Assembly: GCA_022571175.1 (NCBI GenBank)
Contig: JACZYI010000001.1
Coordinates: 1 to 29,254 of the forward strand
Direction: 5' to 3'
DNA length: 29,254 nt
From: Pseudomonadota bacterium
Lineage (GTDB): Bacteria; Pseudomonadota; Alphaproteobacteria; Sphingomonadales; SMXR01
Position numbers and translations under genes: made by a program. How positions within the stretch are numbered: the stretch's first letter is position 1; each line of letters starts with the position of its first letter. Under the pieces are notes generated by a model. The model was not told where the DNA came from. It saw only the letters and a list, made by a program, of their open reading frames with translations, and made no database searches. Positions 19,547 through 28,522 of this stretch are shown here, piece by piece.

Positions 19547-19575
19547 TTGACAAGTGAATGTGCCCTGCTAGGGTC
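19547..19575 (+). promoter_or_regulatory. Putative sigma70 promoter for the miaB-phoH-ybeY-corC-lnt operon
   Basis: TTGACA at 19547-52 and GCTAGGGT at 19567-74, similar to the alphaproteobacterial TTGAC...GCTA pattern; about 35 nt before the miaB ATG. Confidence 0.5.
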
Positions 19576-19609
19576 CCGCCTCCTTAAACCTCATAAGCTT
19601 TGGACGAGT

Positions 19610-21052
19610 ATGGGAAAACGTTTTTACATAAAATCCTATGGCTGTCAGATGAATGTGTATGATTCTGAACGCATGTCAGAACTCATGTGCAAATCCGGTT
19701 ATAAACCCGTTGGCGAAGTGACCGAGGCAGAAATTATCATTCTGAACACATGCCACATCCGGGAAAAAGCTGCTGAGAAGGTCTATTCTGATATTGGTCG
19801 TATTCGTGCGCAATCCAAATCCGGATCGGCTATCCAGACCAGCCCGCTCATTGCCATAGTGGGGTGTGTGGCTCAGGCGGAGGGGGAGGAAATTATCAGG
19901 CGGGCGCCTGCGGTCGAAATTGTTATGGGCCCTCAATCATATCAGAACTTGCCTGCCGCAATTCATGAGGTGGAAGAAGCCAGGCGTGCGGGCAACAAGG
20001 GCAAGGTGATAATAACGGACTTCCCCACGAAATCGAAATTTGAACAACTCCCGGGTCGGCGATCAGGGGTGCAGCCAAGCGCGTTTCTGACTATTCAGGA
20101 GGGCTGTGACAAATTTTGCAGTTTTTGTGTGGTACCGTATACGCGAGGTGCTGAATTCTCCCGACCGGTGGAGGATATTTTGTTCGAGGCCAGGAATTTG
20201 GTTTCCAATGGTGCGCAAGAAATTACGCTTTTGGGTCAAAATGTGAATGCTTTTCACGGTCTTGATGTTGAAGGTCAAAAATCGGATTTGGCTACACTCA
20301 TAAAACATATTGCAGATATTGAAGGACTTTCGAGGGTTCGCTACACCACCTCGCACCCAAAGGATATGACCGAAGCTCTGATCGAGGCTCACCGCACAAT
20401 TCCCGAATGCATGCCTTATTTGCATCTGCCTGTACAATCCGGATCAGACCGTATTCTGGAGGCCATGAACCGTCAGCATACACGTTCAGATTATATAAAA
20501 ATAGTGAAACGGTTGAGGGCGGCGCGACCAGATATAGCGCTTTCCAGTGATTTTATAGTCGGTTTTCCGGGTGAAACCGATGATGATTTTGAGCAGACTC
20601 TTGATTTGGTCCGTGAAGTTTCTTTTGCTCAGGCCTACAGTTTCAAATACAGCCCTCGACCGGGGACCCCCTCAGCGGAAAAGAAAGAACAAATTTCGGA
20701 GAGCGTAAAGTCCGAGCGGCTGGCCAGACTTCAGACCCTGCTGAAAGAAGATCAAATGAAGTTTAATCAGACAATGATTGGCAGAGTTCTACCGGTTTTG
20801 TTTGAAAGAGAGGGACGTGAGGTTGGGCAACTAGTGGGCCGAAGCCCTTATATGCAGGCTGTGCACGCGGAATTGCATCCCGACCGGGAAAGGGGAAGGA
20901 TAGATTATGATAACTCGGCTCTGGACGAAGACCATTGTGAGTCATACAATTCCGGCATAGGCAGACTTTGCGCTGTCAAAATTGTGAAGGCCGGGCCAAA
21001 CAGTCTGGCAGGGGTATTTGAGAGCGAATTGGGAGACAGGTCAGCCGCCTAG
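19610..21052 (+). CDS. miaB: tRNA-2-methylthio-N6-dimethylallyladenosine synthase MiaB
   Basis: IKSYGCQMNVYDS, LNTCHIREKA, radical-SAM QEGCDKFCSFCVVP, HLPVQSGS, DFIVGFPGET, C-terminal TRAM domain. Start placed at ATG 19610 rather than the track's TTG. Confidence 0.96.
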   Translation: MGKRFYIKSYGCQMNVYDSERMSELMCKSGYKPVGEVTEAEIIILNTCHIREKAAEKVYSDIGRIRAQSKSGSAIQTSPLIAIVGCVAQAEGEEIIRRAPAVEIVMGPQSYQNLPAAIHEVEEARRAGNKGKVIITDFPTKSKFEQLPGRRSGVQPSAFLTIQEGCDKFCSFCVVPYTRGAEFSRPVEDILFEARNLVSNGAQEITLLGQNVNAFHGLDVEGQKSDLATLIKHIADIEGLSRVRYTTSHPKDMTEALIEAHRTIPECMPYLHLPVQSGSDRILEAMNRQHTRSDYIKIVKRLRAARPDIALSSDFIVGFPGETDDDFEQTLDLVREVSFAQAYSFKYSPRPGTPSAEKKEQISESVKSERLARLQTLLKEDQMKFNQTMIGRVLPVLFEREGREVGQLVGRSPYMQAVHAELHPDRERGRIDYDNSALDEDHCESYNSGIGRLCAVKIVKAGPNSLAGVFESELGDRSAA

Positions 21053-21066
21053 AAATTGGGACCAAA

Positions 21067-22116
21067 TTGAACCATTCATCTCATTCAAACCAGAAAAACA
21101 GATCTTGTCGTATTGTTATCGAATTTGATAACAATAGAGTTCTCCCCATGCTTTTTGGCCAGCATGATGAGAATTTGGCAGCTGTCGAAAGTGGAATGGA
21201 CGTCTGTATTTCTGGGCGCGGAAATCGGGCAGTGATTGAAGGCGAGGCTGCCGATTGCGAACAGGCAAGATCAGTCCTGCAAAATCTGTATGATCGTCTG
21301 TTGTTGGGTGAGCTGGTATCAACAGCGGATGTACATGGCGTGATCCGAATGGAAAATGGCACAAAAAGAAGCAATGCGGAAAAGGTCTCTATAAAACCAC
21401 CCAGAACAGAATTTGGCCAAATTGAAATCAATACCAAGAGACGGATAATTAAACCAAGAACGCCCACTCAGGCGCGTTATATGGAAAAATTAAGGTCCGA
21501 ACAGCTCATTTGTGGTATTGGCCCTGCTGGCACAGGAAAGACTTATTTGGCAGTTGCAACTGCGGTCTCCAAATTATTGCAAGGTGAAGTGGAGAAGATT
21601 ATTTTGTCGCGACCAGCCGTCGAGGCCGGCGAACAACTGGGCTTTCTGCCGGGCGATTTGCGTGAAAAAGTGGACCCCTATTTAACCCCTATTTATGATG
21701 CTCTCCATGATACCTTGCCGAAAGGTCAAGTGGAAAAGCGCCTGGGAACGGGTCAGATAGAGATTGCTCCATTGGCTTTCATGAGAGGGCGAACTTTATC
21801 AAACGCTTTCATTTTGCTGGATGAGGCCCAGAATACAACGGCCATGCAAATGAAAATGATGCTGACCCGGCTTGGCGAAAACAGCCGAATGGTGATTGCT
21901 GGAGACCCTAGCCAGATTGATTTGCCAGCGGGTGAGCCCTCAGGACTGTTTCATGCGCTGGAAGTGCTGAAAGACTTAGAAGGCATTTCGGTTATTCGTT
22001 TTGGCCCGGAGGACGTGGTGCGCCATCCGCTGGTTGGCCAGATTGTTGAAGCTTATGAAGTCAGCGAAAGCAAGGCCCACGGAAAGAACAAACAACGCTC
22101 TGAAAACAAAAACTAA
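21067..22116 (+). CDS. PhoH-family ATPase (YbeZ-like)
   Basis: GPAGTGKTYLAVA, LSRPAVEAGE.LGFLPGD, IAPLAFMRGRTL, LDEAQN, GDPSQIDLP, VVRHPLV. Confidence 0.95.
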   Translation: MNHSSHSNQKNRSCRIVIEFDNNRVLPMLFGQHDENLAAVESGMDVCISGRGNRAVIEGEAADCEQARSVLQNLYDRLLLGELVSTADVHGVIRMENGTKRSNAEKVSIKPPRTEFGQIEINTKRRIIKPRTPTQARYMEKLRSEQLICGIGPAGTGKTYLAVATAVSKLLQGEVEKIILSRPAVEAGEQLGFLPGDLREKVDPYLTPIYDALHDTLPKGQVEKRLGTGQIEIAPLAFMRGRTLSNAFILLDEAQNTTAMQMKMMLTRLGENSRMVIAGDPSQIDLPAGEPSGLFHALEVLKDLEGISVIRFGPEDVVRHPLVGQIVEAYEVSESKAHGKNKQRSENKN

Positions 22117-22718
22117 TGGCAACAGAAAAAAAAATACCAAGCGAAAAATCAACAACATTCAAAGCCACTTTCATGGACAGGCGCACATCAAATCTTGAGA
22201 TCGATGTTAATACCGTGCACGATGCTTGGAAGCAATCTCTGCCTTACGCAGTGGAAATGATAAAGGAAACTATCCTGGAGCTATTCGCAGATCCGGAGCT
22301 GGCCAGAGAAGGTTCTCCTGCCGGTCAGCAGGAAATTTCGGTGCTGTTGACAGGTGACGATCAGATGGCAGAACTGAATAATGAATTCCGGGGCAAGAGT
22401 GGACCGACCAACGTTTTGTCTTTCTCCAACCATGAAAAGACGGGTTCCTTCCAAAATGCCTCTGGGTCGCATCACTTAGGTGACATTGTACTTGGCTTTG
22501 AAACTCTTTGCCGGGAAGCAGAAGAGCGAAACATTTCGCTTGATCATCACCTCAGGCACTTAACGATTCATGGATTGTTGCACTTGCTGGGTTATGACCA
22601 TTCAACTCCGGAGATGGCCAGGAATATGGAGGCACTGGAAGTGAGAGTTTTGATGGCGTTAGGAGTGAACAACCCATATCAGGACCAGGCAATGGTCAAA
22701 AACAGGATCGGGGGTTAG
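22116..22718 (+). CDS. ybeY: rRNA maturation RNase YbeY
   Basis: LNNEFRGKSGPTNVLSF, LGDIVL, HLTIHGLLHLLGYDH metal-binding motif. Confidence 0.94.
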   Translation: MATEKKIPSEKSTTFKATFMDRRTSNLEIDVNTVHDAWKQSLPYAVEMIKETILELFADPELAREGSPAGQQEISVLLTGDDQMAELNNEFRGKSGPTNVLSFSNHEKTGSFQNASGSHHLGDIVLGFETLCREAEERNISLDHHLRHLTIHGLLHLLGYDHSTPEMARNMEALEVRVLMALGVNNPYQDQAMVKNRIGG

Positions 22719-22723
22719 CGTCT

Positions 22724-23617
22724 ATGGTAAAAAAAGGAAACTCCGGCGATCCAACCAGCATTGGCCAAAAAATCGGTCGGTTTCTGAGGGGCATCAGTTT
22801 TCATCACGGCGGGGACGCCTCGCTGAAAGAAAGCCTTGAAGAAGTCATCGAAGAGCATGATGAGCAACAAACGGGAGGCAAGTTAGGCAATGATGAACGG
22901 TCCATGCTTTTTAACGTACTCAATTATGGGGAACTCCGCCTCGATGACATCATGGTACCCCGGGCTGATATTGTCGCTCTTGAGGACAAGATAACGATTA
23001 AAGGCCTGACGAAAGCGTTTGCTGAGGCCGCACATTCACGATTTCCTATTTACCGAAGAACTCTAGACGAGGTGCTGGGGTTTATCCATGTCAAGGATGT
23101 CATAAAGGCCATAAATGAGCCAAATGGGAAAGAAGCACAGTCCGCGAAATATTTATTACGCCCTGTTTTGTTTGTAGCTCCATCGATGAAGCTCATTGAT
23201 TTATTAGCTAAAATGAAGCTGAAACGCACTCACATGGCGATTGTGGTGGATGAATATGGCGGGACCGATGGCTTGGTCACCATCGAAGACCTGGTCGAGC
23301 AGATTGTAGGCGAAATTGAAGACGAACATGATGTTGAGAGTTCTCCAAAGTTGGTAAAAATCGCGGATAATATCTATGAAGCGGATGCCCGACTTCCGCT
23401 TGAGGAACTTGAAGCAATCCTTAATTGCGATCTTCTTCCTGATGAACGTGATGAAGACATCAATACTTTGGGTGGGCTCGTGATTTCCCTTGAAGGGCGA
23501 GTACCAGCCATTGGCGAAAGAGTATCGCATGTGCAAGGCTTTATATTCGAGATCCTTGATGCGGATGTAAGACGTTTGAAGACTCTCAGAATAATTGTTG
23601 GTGAAAATGGCCAATAA
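22724..23617 (+). CDS. CorC/HlyC-family CBS-domain protein
   Basis: [15 protein letters not shown], paired CBS domains, [32 protein letters not shown], CorC_HlyC C-terminal domain. Confidence 0.93.
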   Translation: MVKKGNSGDPTSIGQKIGRFLRGISFHHGGDASLKESLEEVIEEHDEQQTGGKLGNDERSMLFNVLNYGELRLDDIMVPRADIVALEDKITIKGLTKAFAEAAHSRFPIYRRTLDEVLGFIHVKDVIKAINEPNGKEAQSAKYLLRPVLFVAPSMKLIDLLAKMKLKRTHMAIVVDEYGGTDGLVTIEDLVEQIVGEIEDEHDVESSPKLVKIADNIYEADARLPLEELEAILNCDLLPDERDEDINTLGGLVISLEGRVPAIGERVSHVQGFIFEILDADVRRLKTLRIIVGENGQ

Positions 23618-25208
23618 AATACCGACGGCATTTAAAATGCAGACCGTATTTAGAGGCATGTGGGGCGCTGGGGGTGTTAGCGAATTCGTCAGAAAACTGA
23701 GGGGTTGGAGATTTGCGCTTCTGAGCATGGTTGCGGGGGCCAGCTATGCCTTCGCCTTTGCACCGTTCAATATTTTTCCGCTTATTTTTGTAGTTTTCCC
23801 CCTGATTTTACTGGCCATCGATCATAGCAAGACGGTGGTCACGGCATTCAGGTTTGGCTGGTTTTTTGGATTTGGCCATTTTCTGGCAGCAAATTATTGG
23901 ATTGGGTTGTCATTTCTGGCCCAGGAGAGCCTTCCGGTGTGGCCCGCTCCTCTGGTGGTAGCAACTCTGGCCGGTATTCTGGCTCTTTATACGGGACTGA
24001 CCTTTGGTCTTGCCCGTATGTTCTGGCCATCCGGGTGGCGACGGATTTTTGTGCTGGCTGTCATCTGGACGATTTTTGAGTGGCTGCGCGGGGTTCTTTT
24101 CACCGGATTTCCATGGAATCAAACCGCCAATATCTGGGCGGGATCAGATGCCATGATTCAGTCCGTTGCCTATATCGGAAGTCATGGCCTTGGTTTCTTT
24201 ACGATACTTATCGGAGCCAGCTTTGTTCTGTTGATTGAGGGTGGAGTCCAAAATCGAATCCGTATTCCAGCGCTGGCATTGGCGGGTTTTTTCCTTTTGT
24301 TTGGTCTTGGCCAAATAAGGCTTCTCATCGCTGAACCCATATTTCATGGTGGCGTAAAAATTCGATTGATTCAGGCTAATATCGCTCAAAAAGATAAGTG
24401 GGCACCTGATAAAAAACTGGAAAATTTCGAGAAATATCTGGAGATGAGCAGGCGTGCATCAGAATATGCAGGGGACATTACGCATGTAATCTGGCCAGAG
24501 ACCGCACTGACCTATCGTCCGGACAATAAGTCTATTGAGAAAGAACTACAGATTCTGGCGGCAGAGGAAAATATTTCTATCATTACTGGTGCGGCAAGAG
24601 TGGACCTGACATCGGATGGATTGCGCGTATTCAACTCTATTTACCAGATGACCCCGGAGGGAGAGCTATCTCCCTTTTACGATAAGTCCCACCTGGTGCC
24701 ATTTGGCGAATATCTGCCCTTCCGGTCATTCTTCAGAAAACTGGGGCTCGATAAAATTGTATCAGGTGACCTTGACTATTCTGCCGGTGCGGGACGAGCT
24801 ACGGTTTTCTTGCCGGGGCTTCCCTCTTTTAGCCCACTCATATGTTACGAGATCATATTTTCTGGTGAGGTGACCGGAACGCCCAGACCGCAATGGATAT
24901 TAAATATTACCAACGATGGCTGGTTCGGGCAGAGTTCAGGCCCCTATCAACATCTTGCCATGGCCAAGTTCAGAGCTGTTGAAGAAGGGTTGCCCGTGGT
25001 CAGGTCTGCAGCAACCGGCATTTCAGCCGTCATTGATTCACATGGACGTATCGTCAAGAAACTGGATTTAGGCATGTCCGGTGTCTTGGACAGCGCGCTT
25101 CCGCGGGAACTGACTGAGAGCACATTTTATTCTCGATTTGGAGGGCGCATATATCTTCTTCTGCTTCTTGCCGGATTAATACTTGGATATGGAAAAAAGA
25201 GGCGTTAA
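23607..25208 (+). CDS. lnt: Apolipoprotein N-acyltransferase
   Basis: FTGFPWN; intact catalytic triad in WPETA (E), YDKSHLVPFGEY (K) and ICYEIIF (C); NITNDGWFG; RAVEEGLPVVRSA.TGIS. Confidence 0.95.
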   Translation: MANKIPTAFKMQTVFRGMWGAGGVSEFVRKLRGWRFALLSMVAGASYAFAFAPFNIFPLIFVVFPLILLAIDHSKTVVTAFRFGWFFGFGHFLAANYWIGLSFLAQESLPVWPAPLVVATLAGILALYTGLTFGLARMFWPSGWRRIFVLAVIWTIFEWLRGVLFTGFPWNQTANIWAGSDAMIQSVAYIGSHGLGFFTILIGASFVLLIEGGVQNRIRIPALALAGFFLLFGLGQIRLLIAEPIFHGGVKIRLIQANIAQKDKWAPDKKLENFEKYLEMSRRASEYAGDITHVIWPETALTYRPDNKSIEKELQILAAEENISIITGAARVDLTSDGLRVFNSIYQMTPEGELSPFYDKSHLVPFGEYLPFRSFFRKLGLDKIVSGDLDYSAGAGRATVFLPGLPSFSPLICYEIIFSGEVTGTPRPQWILNITNDGWFGQSSGPYQHLAMAKFRAVEEGLPVVRSAATGISAVIDSHGRIVKKLDLGMSGVLDSALPRELTESTFYSRFGGRIYLLLLLAGLILGYGKKRR

Positions 25209-25323
25209 AAGGCCTTGCAAGCGTTAATAAAAATTTGAGCATTGTTGGATAAATACGGGGTCGGGGTTATACTGCTCTTGGTAAAAACACAAAGCCCCTT
25301 GATAATAAAGGAGGTCAAACAAA

Positions 25324-25731
25324 GTGATTTCAAAACCGGATCCTATTGACATACATGTGGGCTCGAGAGTCCGTCTACGCCGAACCCTTTTAGGTATGAG
25401 CCAAGAAAAACTGGGTCGTGCCCTTGGATTGACTTTTCAGCAGATACAGAAATATGAAAGAGGAGCAAACAGGATCGGCTCCAGCCGTTTATATAAATTA
25501 TCTCGAATAATGGACGTTCCTGTTTCTTTTTTCTTTGAGGAAATGCCGGATGAAACTGCCTCGCGTGCCAGGGCGTTACGCGAAAAAACTGGTGAAACCT
25601 TTAAAACAGAGCAGCTTTCAAAACGTGAGACGTTGGAGTTGGTAAGAGCTTATTATCGTATCGAAAACCCGAAAGTTCGTAAGAGAATTTTTGAACTGGT
25701 AAAAGCAGTTGGTGGCACCACCCGCAGTTAA
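25324..25731 (+). CDS. Conserved alphaproteobacterial XRE-family HTH regulator (lnt-metK interval)
   Basis: KPDPIDIHVGSRVRLRRTLLGMSQEKLG.ALGLTFQQIQKYERGANRIGSSRL; GGAGG RBS, GTG start. Confidence 0.93.
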   Translation: MISKPDPIDIHVGSRVRLRRTLLGMSQEKLGRALGLTFQQIQKYERGANRIGSSRLYKLSRIMDVPVSFFFEEMPDETASRARALREKTGETFKTEQLSKRETLELVRAYYRIENPKVRKRIFELVKAVGGTTRS

Positions 25732-25772
25732 CAACAGTTGTTTTGCATAAATTGATCTTGTAAATTTATTAG

Positions 25773-25809
25773 GGCGTGGAAGGCGGTGGCTTTCCGCGCC
25801 TGACTTTTG
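25773..25809 (+). terminator. Probable intrinsic terminator after the XRE gene
   Basis: GGCGUGGAAGGC-GGUG-GCUUUCCGCGCC forms a 12-bp stem with two G-U pairs, followed by UGACUUUU. Confidence 0.6.
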
Positions 25810-25944
25810 CCGAGCGCAAGGGTTTAAATAATTTTGGAATTTGGACCATGAAGCTTGATTTATGGTTTTTCACCTTGTTATACGGCTGAGCTTGGGAGAA
25901 ACCATGAAGTCAGGACTGTTTAATTCCAGTGATAGGAAAATATT

Positions 25945-27114
25945 GTGCCACAAGCTGATTATCTATTTACCAGCGAATCTGTTTCCGAAGGCCATCCGGA
26001 TAAGGTAGCTGACAGAATTTCGGACAGTATTGTTGATTTGTACATCGGTCAGGATTCTGAAGCACGTGTGGCCGTCGAAACGTTGGTCACCAAGAATCTT
26101 ATCATGGTTGCGGGAGAAGTCCGTGGCCCGGATACGATTTCGGATGCTGATCTGGAAGAAGCTGCGCGTGGGGCGGTTAAAGACATTGGGTACGAGCAGG
26201 AAGGATTTCACTGGGAAACGGTCGAATTTGTGGCTCACATTAAACCCCAGTCGCCTGATATTGCCATGGGTGTGGATTCCTCCCACAATAAAGATGAAGG
26301 CGCTGGTGACCAGGGGATCATGTTTGGTTATGCCTGCGATGAGACGCAGGTCCTGATGCCAGCGCCTATCCAGTATTCTCATGACATTCTCCGATCTCTG
26401 GCTGAGGCGCGCCATCTTGGCGATGCCCCGGGGCTGGAGCCAGACTCTAAAAGCCAGATCACGCTGAAATATGAAAAGGGACGCCCGGTTGGAGCAACTT
26501 CGGTCGTGGTTTCCAGCCAGCATACTGAGAATTTTACGGGATCAGATTTGCGTGAATATGTCAGGGGTCATGTTGAGAATATTCTACCCGAAGGCTGGAT
26601 GTGCCCGGACGAAGAATTCTACGTAAATCCGACCGGTCAATTTATCGTTGGCGGTCCTGTTGGGGATACCGGCCTGACTGGCAGAAAAATTATTGTGGAT
26701 ACATATGGTGGAGCCGCTCCCCACGGAGGGGGAGCCTTTTCAGGCAAGGACCCCACAAAGGTGGACAGATCAGCAGCTTATATGGCCAGGTATATGGCTA
26801 AAAATGTCGTCGCCTCTGGCGTTGCTTCGCGCTGTACGATCCAACTGTCCTATGCAATCGGTGTCTCCAAGCCCTTATCGTTTTACGTTAATCTTCACAA
26901 TACTGGAAAGGTTGATGAAGCAAAATTGCAGGATCGACTTTGCGAATTGGTGGATTTAAGCCCCCGCGGCATTCGTGAATATTTACAGCTGAATAAACCC
27001 ATTTATGTAGCAACCTCCGCCTACGGACATTTTGGACGAATACCGACTGCAGACGGCGGATTCTCTTGGGAAAAAACGGATCTTGCTGAAACCATCAAAC
27101 GGGAAATGGCCTGA
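25945..27114 (+). CDS. metK: S-adenosylmethionine synthetase
   Basis: [58 protein letters not shown] start. Confidence 0.97.
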   Translation: MPQADYLFTSESVSEGHPDKVADRISDSIVDLYIGQDSEARVAVETLVTKNLIMVAGEVRGPDTISDADLEEAARGAVKDIGYEQEGFHWETVEFVAHIKPQSPDIAMGVDSSHNKDEGAGDQGIMFGYACDETQVLMPAPIQYSHDILRSLAEARHLGDAPGLEPDSKSQITLKYEKGRPVGATSVVVSSQHTENFTGSDLREYVRGHVENILPEGWMCPDEEFYVNPTGQFIVGGPVGDTGLTGRKIIVDTYGGAAPHGGGAFSGKDPTKVDRSAAYMARYMAKNVVASGVASRCTIQLSYAIGVSKPLSFYVNLHNTGKVDEAKLQDRLCELVDLSPRGIREYLQLNKPIYVATSAYGHFGRIPTADGGFSWEKTDLAETIKREMA

Positions 27115-27130
27115 ACATCGGGCCCGTTCA

Positions 27131-27847
27131 TTGGTCGGTACCGAAAATATATCTCACCTGCAGCAGACCTATGGTCGCCGAATAGGCCGAGCACTAACGT
27201 CCCAACAGAAAAGGTTTCTGAGGGATCAATTGCCCAAAATCCGGATTACTTTGCCTGGAAAAAATGCGCTGCCAATTATACCAACAGAGTTATTTGACGC
27301 GGCCAAATCGGAAATTTGGTTTGAAATTGGATTTGGCAAAGGAGAACATTTGGCTGAAATGGCACGACGCCATCCTGCTGTTGGGTTTATAGGCTGTGAG
27401 TATTTCATCAATGGTGTTGCCGGTCTGGTTGGCAAGATAGAAGAAATGGGAATCGAAAATATCCGAATTTATGATGATGATGCGCGCCAGCTTCTTGAGG
27501 CCCTGGCACCATCAACTCTTGATCGTATTTTTTTACTGCACCCAGACCCCTGGCCCAAGATGAAGCATGTTAAAAGACGCTTTATCAACCAGAAAAACCT
27601 GGATGAACTGGCGCGCGTAATGATACCCGGTGCTATACTCCATGTTACCTCGGATCATGATGCTGCTGTGCACTGGACGCTTGTTCAATTGCTTGCTCGT
27701 AATGATTTTCAATGGATGGCCGAAAATTCGTCCCATTGGAAAACACCGCCCAGATACTGGCCGGTAACACGATATCAGGAAAAAGCACTGAAAGAAGGGC
27801 GCAAAGACAGTTTTCTGCAATTCAAGTTCACCGGCCAGAAGCAATAA
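27131..27847 (+). CDS. trmB: tRNA (guanine-N7)-methyltransferase TrmB
   Basis: YGRR.GR.L, EIGFGKGEHL, GCE..ING, PDPWPK.KH.KRR, TRYQEKALKEGR. Start uncertain: there is no in-frame ATG, and TTG 27131 was chosen. Confidence 0.92.
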   Translation: MVGTENISHLQQTYGRRIGRALTSQQKRFLRDQLPKIRITLPGKNALPIIPTELFDAAKSEIWFEIGFGKGEHLAEMARRHPAVGFIGCEYFINGVAGLVGKIEEMGIENIRIYDDDARQLLEALAPSTLDRIFLLHPDPWPKMKHVKRRFINQKNLDELARVMIPGAILHVTSDHDAAVHWTLVQLLARNDFQWMAENSSHWKTPPRYWPVTRYQEKALKEGRKDSFLQFKFTGQKQ

Positions 27848-27862
27848 TTTCTTTAAAAAGGC

Positions 27863-27891
27863 TTGATTTGCACCGAAAGCCGCACTATTTT
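27863..27891 (+). promoter_or_regulatory. Putative sigma70 promoter for rimP-nusA
   Basis: TTGATT (27863-68), 17-nt spacer, TATTTT (27886-91). Confidence 0.5.
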
Positions 27892-27923
27892 GCGGCACTT
27901 CTTCAAGTATGAATATGGTGACT

Positions 27924-27951
27924 GGGGTGGGCCGCGGCTCACTTTTTTGTT
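27924..27951 (+). terminator. rimP-leader attenuator-like hairpin
   Basis: GGGGUGGGC-CGCG-GCUCACUUU stem followed by UUUGUU, just upstream of rimP; fits the known GGGc...gCCC rimP leader pattern. Confidence 0.7.
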
Positions 27952-27963
27952 GGCAATTGACGA

Positions 27964-28449
27964 GTGATGATATTGAGCGGTTATAAGTTGCAAACCAAAA
28001 CCGAAAAAATTGATGATCTGCTCCGCCCAACCGCAGAGGCGCTTGGGTTCGATTTGGTACAGGTAAAATTTTCAGGTGGCGGCAGAGCAATATTGCAAAT
28101 CCTGGCCGAGCGGCATGAGGGTGGCATGAATGTTGATGACTGTGCCCGGTTAAATCGTGAATTGTCGGTAATCCTGGATGTTGAGGATCTTGTTGAAGGC
28201 GGGTATTCGCTGGAGGTAAGTTCTCCCGGGTTGGACCGACCATTGGTGAAAATTGAAGATTATGATCGTTTCAAGGGAAAAGAGGCCAAAATAGAACTAC
28301 GCGAACCGGTTGCAGGACGTCGTCAGTGGATTGGTCACTTAATGGGAATCAATAATGGCAATGTGCAAATAAATGCCAGTGGTGAAGAAGTCTTGATCCC
28401 GTTTGAAGAAATTGCCAAGGCAAAGCTCATCTATGTAGGTGGGCAGTGA
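27964..28449 (+). CDS. rimP: Ribosome maturation factor RimP
   Basis: LQILAER..G.MNVDDCA.L.RELS..LDVED, YSLEVSSPGLDRPL, I.KAKL. Start uncertain. Confidence 0.95.
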   Translation: MMILSGYKLQTKTEKIDDLLRPTAEALGFDLVQVKFSGGGRAILQILAERHEGGMNVDDCARLNRELSVILDVEDLVEGGYSLEVSSPGLDRPLVKIEDYDRFKGKEAKIELREPVAGRRQWIGHLMGINNGNVQINASGEEVLIPFEEIAKAKLIYVGGQ

Positions 28450-28522
28450 CAAAGAAAAGAGCCATATGGCACCCACACTCCACTGCGGTGGACTCGGGTG
28501 TGAGACCACAGGAGAAAAAAAC

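Noticed and set aside
25224-25238. TTAA-N7-TTGA upstream of the XRE gene considered as a CtrA site
   Set aside because: One half-site mismatches and the region is AT-rich, so a chance match is likely.
25795-25944. SAM-II/SAM-V/SAM-SAH riboswitch upstream of metK
   Set aside because: Fragments (UGACUU, GCAA, UUAAAUAA) loosely resemble SAM-II, but I could not form P1 or the pseudoknot pairing. An Infernal search with the SAM riboswitch models would settle it.
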